Positions 1 through 8,999 of a DNA stretch of 8,999 nucleotides are shown piece by piece. The translations under genes and the position numbers were made by a program. Origin of the DNA: Tubiluchus corallicola. Its lineage: Eukaryota; Animalia; Priapulida. Position 1 is the stretch's first letter. The number at the start of each line of letters is the position of its first letter. The notes under the pieces are model-generated. The model did not search any database. It saw nothing but the letters and a program-made list of their open reading frames with translations, and was not told the origin of the DNA. The stretch covers positions 1 to 8,999 of the forward strand of contig JAQGDQ010002205.1 of the NCBI GenBank assembly GCA_030141605.1, written 5' to 3'.

Positions 1-68
1 ATTTGTTAATTAAAATTTTATGATCAACAGTGTCAAAAGCTTTTGACAGATCACCAAAAATTTGTAGT
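1..68 (-). mobile_element. 5'-truncated end of the same LINE (RT motif DLSKAFD)
   Basis: The reverse complement of 70-2 translates as [23 protein letters not shown], the non-LTR RT motif that normally precedes LxxYGxRG. Host unit sequence (atttcttgtatttggag, matching 2752 onward) starts at 69. Confidence 0.9.
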
Positions 69-1176
69 ATTTCTTGTATTTGGAGTCGGTACACATGGTA
101 TGATCAACGAGCAACATACACGTTATTGTGACAACAAGCATATTATCTTAAGCAAATCTGTTAATTAAATGATGTGGACATGCTAGAATTCTGGACTATC
201 TTCTGGAAAAAGCTTTAAATCAAAGTACAAAGAAACATCATCATCAGAAACGTCTAAACTTTGTTAATTTTCTTTTGTCTATTGTGTAGATTAATACAAA
301 CAACAGGTACTGGCTGTTACTGACTTTGTAATTTTCCATATTTATTTATACATCTGTGTCTTAATAGCAGCTATAGTACCGATAGGAAGCTACTGCAGAT
401 ATCTCAGCAGTAACAACATATTAATTTTGTAACATTTTATTGTAATTATATGAAGCCAATCTTTATATGCATATGGCTTTCTTATTATTGTTAGAAACCA
501 CACTTGTAAATCAATGACATATCAAATATCCAATTCTTTAAAAAGCTGTGTTAATTAGTGTGTGCTTCATTCGGTTGTTAACTAATTCTGTTCTGGGTTA
601 GTAGATACCTTTTCTTCCAAACAACCATTACCTTTGAGGAATGTACGACTCCACTAAGTCTCATTTCTCATTTATTGGCTTTTAATTTTAACAAAAACTA
701 CAATTGCATGATGTAACTGCTTTGGCCGTTTTACACATGCTTTTAAGCATCATTGGCATATTTTCGACTTACAATCAGCAGTAAAATTACCAATTTGAAA
801 AACGTGCTTTTCACCAAAGCAGGTATGTTAAAATTGCCTTACTTTTTGTTATAATATTGTAATTATAGTGACTATTGTTATATATGCTTGTTTGTGACTG
901 AAAGAAATGCACATTCTTAAATATCTGCAGAAGCATGACTCTCTCTTGTGAAAAGCACAGTTAAACACTGGGGTGGTTGCACGCAATCAAGAAAGCTCTA
1001 AATAAATAAAATGACTTTCCCGTACGTTTTAGACAGCAGGAATATGATGTATTTACGAAAAGCCACTGGCACAAGTGGCTAGTGACTTTTCCGAAAACTG
1101 ATTCTATTGTATCTTGCAACTTGCATTTGGGTAATTATACTGTGAAGAATCGATTCTATTCAGCGATTGTATGACA

Positions 1177-1320
1177 ATGCTGACAGGTGCACAGTCTTGC
1201 TGTACTGAGTTTCTATTGGACGTTGCAAATTTGAGAAAGATAAATATTGCATGCTGACAGGTGCACAGTCTTGCTGTACTGAGTTTCTATTGGACATTGC
1301 AAATTTGAGAAAGATAAATA
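1177..1320. repeat. Local tandem duplication: two 70-bp copies (1177-1246, 1251-1320) separated by TTGC
   Basis: atgctgacaggtgcacag...gagaaagataaata occurs twice with one mismatch. It is single-copy in units B and C. Confidence 0.95.
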
Positions 1321-1636
1321 GTCTGCACCGGAAACACATTTCTTTATTAATTTTTTATTAAATTCTACGTATAAATAAATTATATGTTCATAATTGTGTT
1401 TTCAGGATATTATACCTTAAGACCTTATAAGTTGCTTGTACTTTCAGCTGATAAACTATTACGAGATTGGAAATATAAGGAAGGTGACATCACTATCACC
1501 TGTTCAAAAATTTGTTTGTTGACGCAAAGTTGCTAGGCCTGGATAGTGCACGAGAAGTAGGATAAGTGTAGGCCAAAAGCAAACTACTGAGTATGTTATT
1601 AAATTGGCTAGCAATCCTCCACTTTAACATACTTAC

Positions 1637-2353
1637 GTTTCAAGGTGAACGATATATGATCATGTTGAAAATCGTATTTGAATCTAGGCTCCTTTAGTCG
1701 TGTTATTGGACTATCGTAAATGCCAAGAAAATTGAAATGCTTGTTATCTGAGAAATCAAAATCCACTGACATTAGCTTTGGGTTGCCACGAATATGCAGT
1801 TCTCGAAGGTATATGACTTTGCTGAATGCCTTTGGATGTATGGAGGAAAGTCTGTCATTATAAATTATTTCAAGTCGATTAAATTCAGATTCACTGCTGT
1901 GGATGCAATCCTTTTGCAGTCTCTCCAAATTTGTATAACGTATGATTAAACTAATAAGCTTATGCCCTAAAAGAAACCCTTCAGGAAGTTCAGAGTCTAA
2001 ATAATTATCGATGTAAAGGCTTCGAATTTTTACATCTCGTTGTCGTAATCCTTCTTGCAACCAAATTTTTGGTAGTAACCATTTAGTGTAGTTTTTACAT
2101 ATGATGTCTTTGTACGTTATGGAAAATCTCACTTCACATTCCTTTGGACTTGAAAAACCTGTCACCATAGTTGCTACTGGTGATGTCGTCGTTCGTGATA
2201 CATCACAGGCCACAGTGTCATTTAGACACTCTTCAGTAAAATCGCTACGACTAGCATTAAACACTTCAACGGGATGATAACAGTCAATTAACGATTGTCT
2301 CCAGTTGCGTGTCTTTATCCACAAAAGTTGACAGTCACAAATTAGACAATTGC
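1637..2353 (-). CDS. Internal coding exon (unit A) of the same LRR module
   Basis: Acceptor ttttattttctacttttAG (AG 2355-2354), donor C|GTAAGT (GT 1636-1635). 717 nt, open frame. The upstream ATG seen in copies B and C is ACG here, consistent with an internal exon. Confidence 0.85.
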
Positions 2354-2764
2354 CTAAAAGTAGAAAATAAAAGTATTTATCAAGAAAAATTTGAAGATTT
2401 TTCGTTTTTGATTTAGTTTTGCAATTTTTTATAAAATTGTCAAGGCTAATACCATCATTTGAAGTTAAATAGCTATAGCTGACACTGAAAGGAACACTTC
2501 AAATTTCCATCCACATTTTGAGCTACTTTTTTGCTCATTAGTAATATTGTATCCTTCTAATGAAAAAGACTTCTTGAAGCTCGCATCTCCTTTGTCATTA
2601 TGCATATGTTTTAGATTGTTTGAAATTTCGACAGTATTGATTCAATATTATGAAACGAAACTTTTGGGAACTATCCTTCTTGCACACTTTTATGAACTTT
2701 AGCTGGATATAGAGTAATATTTCCATTATAACTACCTGCCCTATAGTAAACATTTCTTGTATTT

Positions 2765-3900
2765 GGAGTTGGTACACATGGTATGATCAATGAGCAACAT
2801 ACACGTTATTGTGACAACAAGCATATTATCTTAAGCAAATCTGTTAATTAAATGGTGTGGACATGCTAGTATTCTGGACTATCGTCTGGAAAAAGCTTTA
2901 AACCAAAGTACAGAGAAACATCATCATCAGAAACGTCTAAACTTTGTTAATTTTCTTTTGCCTATTGTGTAGATTAATACAAACAACAGGTACTGGCTGT
3001 TACTGACTTTGTAATTTTCCATATTTATTTATACATCTGTGTCTTAATAGCAGTTATGGTACAGATAAGAAGCTACTGCAGATATCTCAGCAGTAACAAC
3101 ATATTAATTTTGTAACATTTTATTGTAATTATATGAAGACAATCTTTATATGCATATGACCTTCTTATCATTGTTAGAAACCACACTTGTAAATCAATGA
3201 CCCATCCAATATCCAATTCTTTAAAAAGCAGTGTTAATTACTGAGGCAGCTACTCTCAAAAACGTAACCTTAAAATAGCAAATATGGATATACATTTTAT
3301 GCGAATGGTAGAGTGATATTTTTGAAGAAGTAGTCGACATTAATGCAAAACCAACTAACAATTTCTGAAAATTATTATTTGGTTGCATGTTGACACTTCG
3401 ATTTGAGAAACTATACTGTGACAGAATCGCCTGTATTCAGCTGTAGTTACATACTGATTGACAATATAAATGTTGAAGCATGCTTCATTCGGTTGTTAAC
3501 TAATTCTGTTCTGGGTTAGTAGATAACTTTTTCTTCCAAACAACCATTACCATTGAGGAATGTACGACTCCACTAAGTCTCATTTTTGATTGATTGGTTT
3601 TTAATTTTAACAAAAACAACTATTGCATGATGTAACCGATTTGGCCATTTTACACATGCTTTTAAGCACCATTGGCATATTTTCGACTTACAATAAGCAG
3701 TAAAATTACCAATTTGAAAAACGTGCTTTTCACCAAAGCAGGTATGTTAAAATTGCCTTATTTTTTGTTATAATAATGTAATTATAGCGACTATTGTTAT
3801 ATATGCTTGTTTGTGACTGAAAGAAATGCACATTCTTAAATATCTGCGGAAGCATGACCCTCTCTTGTGAAAAGCACAGTTAAACACTGAGGTGGTTGCA
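2765..3900 (+). pseudogene. Possible heavily decayed CDK/CMGC-like protein kinase relic inside the intron (also in unit A, partly in unit C)
   Basis: Short + strand peptides in kinase order: GVGTHGMI (2765), YCDNKHII (2807), NLLIKWCGHASILDYRLEK (2838), LWYR (3054), GCML (3381), LKYLRKHDP (about 3835-3861). There are many stops and frameshifts, HRD is missing, and the spacing after the Gly-loop-like motif is too short. Confidence 0.35.
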
Positions 3901-4479
3901 CGCAAACAAGAAAGCTTTAAATAAATAAAATGATTTTCCCGTACGTTTTAGACAGCAGGAATATGATATTTTTAAGAAAATCCATTGCCACAAATGGCTA
4001 ATGACTTTTCCGAAAACAGATTCTATTGTATCTTGCCACTTGCATTTAGGTAATTATACTGTGAAGAAACGATTCTATACAGCGATTGTATGAGAATGCT
4101 GACAGGTGCACAGTCTTGCTGTACTGAGTTTCTATTGGACGTTGCAAATTTGAGAAAGATAAATAGGCTGCACCGGAAACACATTTCTTTATTAATTTTT
4201 TATTAAATTCTACGTATAAATAAATTATATGTTCATAATTGTGTTTTCAGGATATTATACCTTAAGACCTTATAAGTTGCTTGTACTTTTTGTTGGTAAA
4301 CTATTAAGAGATTGGAAATATTAGGCACCAGCAGCGCTATCATCGTTCAAAAGTTTTTTGGTTGACGCAAAGTTCCTAGGCCTGGATAGCGCACAAAAGT
4401 ACGATACGTGTTGGCCAAAAGCAAACTACTGAGAATGTTATTAAAATTGGCAACCAATCCTCCACTTTAACATACTTAC

Positions 4480-5196
4480 GTTTCAAGGTGAACGATATAT
4501 GATCATGTTGAAAATCATAATTGAATCTAGGCTCCTTTAGTCGTGTTATGGGACTATCGTATATGCCAAGAAAATTGAAATGCTTGTTAGCTGAGAAATC
4601 AAAATCCACTGACATTAGCTTTTCATTGCCACGAATATACAGATCTCGAAGGTATACCACTTTGCTGAATGCCCTTGGATGTATGGAGGAAAGTCTGTCA
4701 TTATAAATTATCTCAAGTCGATTAAATTCAGATTCACTGCTGTGGATGCTATCCTTTTGCAGTCTCTCCACATTTGTATAACGCATGATTAAACTAATAA
4801 GCTTATGTCCTAAAAGAAACCCTTCAGGAAGTTCAGAGTCTAAATAATTATCGATGGAAAGGCTTCGAATTTTTACATTTCGTTGTTGTAATCCTTCTTG
4901 CAACCAAATTTTTGGTAGTAACCATTTAGTGTAATTTTTACATATGATGTCTTTGTACGTGATGGAAAATCTCACTTCACATTCCTTTGGACTTAAAAAA
5001 CTAGTCGCCACTGTTGTTGCTGATGACCTCGTCGTTCGTGATACATCACAGGCCACAGTGTCATTTAGACACTCTTCAGTAAAATCACTACGACTAGCAT
5101 TAAACACTTCAAACGGATGATAACAATCAATTAACGATTGTGTCCAGTTGCGTGTCTTTATCCACAAAAGTTGACAGTCACAAATTAGACAATTGC
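4480..5196 (-). CDS. Internal coding exon (unit B) of the same LRR module
   Basis: Acceptor ttttgttttgcacttgtAG (AG 5198-5197), donor C|GTAAGT (GT 4479-4478). 717 nt, open frame, same architecture as the other copies. N-glycosylation sequons NAS, NDT and NYT fit an extracellular protein. Confidence 0.85.
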
Positions 5197-5590
5197 CTAC
5201 AAGTGCAAAACAAAAGTATTTATCAAGAAAAATTTGAACATTTTTCATTTTTGATTTAGTTTTGCAATTTTTTATAAAATTGTCAAGGCTAATACCATCA
5301 TTTGAGGTTGAATAGCTATAGCTGACACTGACAGGACCACTTCAAATTTCCATCCACATCTTGAGCTACTTTTTTTGTTCATTAGTAATATTGTATCATT
5401 CTAATGAGAAAGTCTTCTTGAAGCTCGCATCTCCTTTGTCATTATGCATATATTTTAAATTGTTTAAAATTTCGACAGTATTGATTCAATATTTTGAAAC
5501 GAAACTTTTGGAAACTATCCTTCTTGCACACATTTATGAACATTAGCTGGATATAGAGTAATATTTCCATTATAACTACCTGCCCTATAG

Positions 5591-5736
5591 TAAGTCATAA
5601 GTCATTTATTTCACCATACACATTTACAATGATTACATATACAAAATATCTTGTGAAAGGCCTACAATGGATTTAATACAAAAAAGAAATACTGCACAGA
5701 AAAGCCTCAAACACTGTTCACTTATGCACGAAGGTA
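5591..5736 (-). mobile_element. 146-bp remnant of the LINE 3' end, including the AATAAA-(TGACTTA)2 tail
   Basis: Matches 7551-7696 with three substitutions by my count. It sits at the same host position (after ...tgccctatag) and is absent from the equivalent site at 2741-2760. Confidence 0.88.
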
Positions 5737-7550
5737 TTTTTTGTTATAATATTATAATTCTAGGGACTGTTGTTATATATGCTTGTTTGTGACTGAAAAA
5801 AATGCACATTCTTAAATATCTGCAGAAGCATAACTCTCTCTTGTGAAAAGCACAGTTAAGCACTGGGGTGGTTGCACGCAAACAAGAAAGCTTTAAATAA
5901 ATAAAATGACGTTCCCGTACGTTTTAGACAGCCGGAATATGATATATTTCAGAAAAGCCACTGGCACAAGCAACTAATGACTTTTCCGAAAACTGATTCT
6001 AATGTATCTTGCCACTTGAATTTGGGTAATTATACTGTGAAGAAGCGATTCTATTTAGCAATTGTATGACAATGCTGATTGGTGCACAGTCTTGCTGTGC
6101 TGAGTTTTTATTGGAATTTGCAAATTTGAGAAAGATAAATAGGCTGCACCGGGAACACTTTTGTTTATTAGTTTTTTTAATAAATTCGACGTATAAATAA
6201 ATAATATGTTCATAATTTGTTTTCAGGAAATTATATCATAAGACCTTATAAGCTAATAGTACTTTCAGCTGATAAACTATTACGAGATTGGAAATATAAG
6301 GAAGGTGACATCACTATCACCTGTTCAAAAATTTGTTTGTTGACGCAAAGTTGCTAGGCCTGGATAGTGCACGAGAAGTAGAATAAGTGTAGGCCAAAAG
6401 CAAACTACTGAGTATGTTATTAAATTGGCTAGCAATCCTCCACTTTAACATACTTACGTTTCAAGGTGAACGATATATGATCATGTTGAAAATCGTATTT
6501 GAATCTAGGCTCCTTTAGTCGTGTTATTGGACTATCGTAAATGCCAAGAAAATTGAAATGATTGTTATCTGAGAAATCAAAATACACTGACATTAGCTTT
6601 GGGTTGCCACGAATATGCAGTTCTCGAAGGTATACCACTTTGCTGAATGCCTTTGGATGTATGAAGGAAAGTCTGTCATTATAAATTATTTCAAGTTGAT
6701 TAAATTCAGATTCACTGCTGTGGATGCTATCCTTTTGCAGACTCTCCAAATTTGTGTAACGTATGATTAAACTAATAAGCTTATGTCCTAAAAGAAACCC
6801 TTGAGGAAGTTTAGAGTCTACATAATATTCTATGTAAAGACTTCGAATTTTTACATCTCGTTGTTGTAATCCTTCTTGCAACCAAATTTTGGGTAGTAGC
6901 CATTTCGTGTAGTTTTTACATATGATGTCTTTATACATGAAGGAAAATCTCACTTCACATTCCTTTGGACCAGTCGCCATTGTTGTTGCTGGTGATCTCG
7001 TCGTTCGTGATACATCACAGGCCACAGCGTCATTTAGACACTCTTCAGTAAAATCACTACGACTAGCATTAAACACCTCAACCGGATGATAACAGTCAAT
7101 TAACGATTGTCTCCAATTGCGTGTTTTTATCCATAAAAGTTGACAGTCACAAACGAGACAATTGCCTACAAGTACAAAACAAAAGTATTTATCAAGAAAA
7201 ATTTGAAAATTTTTCATTTTAGATTTGGTTTTTGCAATTTTTTATGAAGGCTGATATTATCATTTGAAGCTGACTGGCTATAGCCTTCATTGACAGGACC
7301 AGTTCAAATTTCTATCCACATTTTGAGCTACTTTTTTTTCATTAGTAATATTGTATCATTCTAATGAGAAAGTCTTCATGAAGCTCGCATCTCCTTTGTC
7401 ATTATGCATATATTTTAGATTGTTTGAAACTTCGATAGTATTGATTCAATATTTTGAAACGAAACTTTTGGGAACTATCCTTCTTGCTCACATTTATGAA
7501 CATTAGCTGGATATAGAGTAATATTTCCATTATAACTACCTGCCCTATAG
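5737..7550. repeat. Tandem unit C (left part deleted)
   Basis: 5737 onward matches 3761 onward and about 842 onward, and continues collinearly through the exon to actacctgccctatag at 7550. Confidence 0.95.
6458..7165 (-). CDS. Internal coding exon (unit C) of an extracellular LRR protein: LRRCT cap, Ser/Thr-rich linker, Cys-containing N-cap and about 6 LRRs
   Basis: Polypyrimidine tract and AG acceptor (7167-7166), then GC-AAT-TGT (N-C-L-V-C-D-C-Q-L-L-W, an LRRCT-type motif with a later CYHP). LRR-like repeats such as LRELHIRGNPKL and FNQLEIIYNDRL. Ends AAA-C|GTAAGT (donor GT 6457-6456). 708 nt, a multiple of 3, no stops. Confidence 0.85.
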
Positions 7551-8999
7551 TAAGTCATAAGTCATTTATTTCACCATACGCATTTACAATGACTACATAT
7601 ACAAAATATCTAGTGAAAGGCCTACAATGGATTTAATACAAAAAAGAAATACTGCACAGAAAAGCCTCAAACACTGTTCACTTATGCACGAAGGTAAATG
7701 TGTTGTGGGCAATCAAGAAGCAGGGCTTGTAAGATTATCCTACACAGTGATAGGAAAAAATATGGAGATAATTTGAAAATTTAAATTGAATCATGATTAA
7801 AAAAACATTAGTGCATAAAATGGAATGATGTAATGAATGAAGCTCATATATGGGATGATATGAAAGATAGAAAGACTATTATTTTTTAATAGTATGTAAA
7901 TTTAAAATAACTTGATTAAGCTAACACCACTGTTTGGCAACTACTGTGAGGATGGATACTGAGAGAAATTTTTTATTACTCACTGATACTTACTTAAAAT
8001 TTCATTTGTTTTATTTTTTTAAATCTAGTAATAGATCTGCTATCTTTTGTGGATTGACAAATCTCATTCCAGACTTTTGGTCCTTGATATATTATAAAAT
8101 GTTTAGCTATGTTGGTTCTACAGAAAGGCACAATGTATTGATTAAATCTTGTATTATGTCTCTTAGATGTCAATTTGACAGGAATTGCAAAAAACTTAGG
8201 AAATAGTCTATTATTGCATTTATACATGAATACTGCAATATTAAATTTAATTAAATCATCCAAATGCATAATTCTACATTCATGGTAATGAAGTAAAGGT
8301 ACTTCACTACGTTTCTGTAGGCCAAACATTAACCTTAAAAATTTTCGTTGCAACTTTTTTAAGCATTTCAGTTTAGATGGATATGTGGGGCCCCAAATAA
8401 TGCTGCAGTAATTGAGATAAGGTAAAACCAGACTATTATACAGGATTAGTAAGTGTTCTTTCGAAAGACTGTGTTTCATGTGCATAATGATGCCTATATT
8501 TTTAGCAATTTTAAGTCTGATATAAGCGATATGTGATTGCCAGTCTAAGTGTTCATGTATACCTAAGAATTTAATCTGTTTTACTTGTTGAATATAACTA
8601 TTTTCAATTTGTAATGTCAAATTTGGCATTCTCTTGTTTCTTGATCTAAAAACTACAAATTTAGTTTTGGAAGCATTTAGTGATAATTTATTACTCCTAA
8701 ACCAGTTAGATATCTGCTGCAATTCATTGTTTATTTCAGCTTCATTAACAGTATTGTAATATTTAAATATTAAACTGGTGTCATCAGCAAACTGCAGGAT
8801 TTTTCCATTATTAATACAATGTTTTATATCATTAATGTACACAAGAAACAAGAGTGGGCCAAGTACGACCCTTGTGGAACACCACAAGATATTAATTTTG
8901 AGTTAGATATATAGTTATTATACTTTACTGCTTGTAACCAGCCAGATAGGTAACTTACAAACCAATTATTTGCAACACCTCTTTTTCCATAGTGGTATA
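7551..8999 (-). mobile_element. Non-LTR retrotransposon (LINE, CR1/L2/Crack/Daphne-like group): 3' half of RT ORF2, 3' UTR and tail; decayed
   Basis: RT motifs GVPQGS/VLGPLLFLVYIND, FADDT and KFLG, plus the C-terminal LPYLNYCSIIWG, HNTR and GPKVWN motifs. Stop at 7994-7996, then about 440 nt of UTR ending AATAAA-(TGACTTA)2 (7570-7551). The clade assignment is by motif recognition only. Confidence 0.9.
7994..8999 (-). pseudogene. Disrupted reverse transcriptase ORF2 fragment of the LINE
   Basis: One frame reads [19 protein letters not shown]...SCGVPQGS from 8997 to about 8866. A 1-nt frameshift then leads into the tracked ORF (VLGPLLF...). KFLGIHEHLDW looks a few residues shorter than the usual LG(I/V)xxDxxLxW. 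No endonuclease domain or ORF1 is present. Confidence 0.85.

Larger units (their letters stand above)
69..2749. repeat. Tandem unit A (intron plus LRR exon)
   Basis: Collinear with 2752-5590 throughout (69 pairs with 2752), apart from a 240-bp indel and a 70-bp local duplication. Confidence 0.95.
2752..5590. repeat. Tandem unit B (intron plus LRR exon), the longest unit
   Basis: Direct repeat of unit A. It ends with the same actacctgccctatag as units A and C. Confidence 0.95.

Noticed and set aside
31-48. Perfect 18-bp palindrome TGTCAAAAGCTTTTGACA as an operator or origin
   Set aside because: It is simply the codons for LSKAFDT in the RT motif.
1177-1320. CRISPR-like repeat
   Set aside because: Only two 70-bp copies with a 4-nt gap, in a eukaryotic intron with no cas genes.
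4023-4184. Short minus-strand ORF MCFRCSLFIFLKFATS... or an extra small exon after a candidate CAG acceptor
   Set aside because: It is disrupted by the 74-nt duplication in unit A, has no convincing donor, and is not needed for the exon junction to make sense.
4521-4706. 61-aa + strand ORF
   Set aside because: Antisense shadow of exon B with no recognisable motif.
5197-5248. N-terminus MKNVQIFLDKYFCFALV (and MKNFQIF... at 7166-7217) as a true start or signal peptide
   Set aside because: It is the translated polypyrimidine tract before the AG acceptor. The ATG is ACG in copy A, and a protein beginning with an LRRCT cap is unlikely.
5361-5546. 61-aa + strand ORF
   Set aside because: Non-ATG start in intronic sequence. 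Indels and stops differ in the other two units, and there is no motif.
7934-8206. 90-aa + strand ORF
   Set aside because: Antisense to the end of the LINE ORF2, with a non-ATG start and no independent coding signal.
1608-8999. RT next to near-identical repeats as a diversity-generating retroelement or retron-like system
   Set aside because: The RT is a truncated, frameshifted eukaryotic LINE with a normal tail and an empty-site allele. Differences between copies are not obviously adenine-restricted, and there is no template/variable repeat pair.

Overview
AT-rich eukaryotic (probably invertebrate) DNA made of three diverged tandem units (about 69-2749, 2752-5590, 5737-7550). Each unit carries one large minus-strand exon encoding an extracellular leucine-rich-repeat module. 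The three long ORFs in the track are better read as symmetric phase-1 internal exons (7165-6458, 5196-4480, 2353-1637; 708/717/717 nt) with canonical AG and GTAAGT sites. Splicing any exon to the next rebuilds an LRR/LRRCT junction (FTLKR-NCLICDC). A 5'-truncated, decayed CR1-group LINE occupies 7551-8999, and its reverse-transcriptase frame runs without a break across the window ends to bases 1-68. The window therefore closes on itself, as a circle or as one period of an 8,999-bp higher-order repeat. The units are mosaics of each other, one intron keeps only a 146-bp stub of the LINE, and the introns may hold a decayed CDK-like kinase relic on the + strand. All comparisons were made by eye; no alignments or searches were run.
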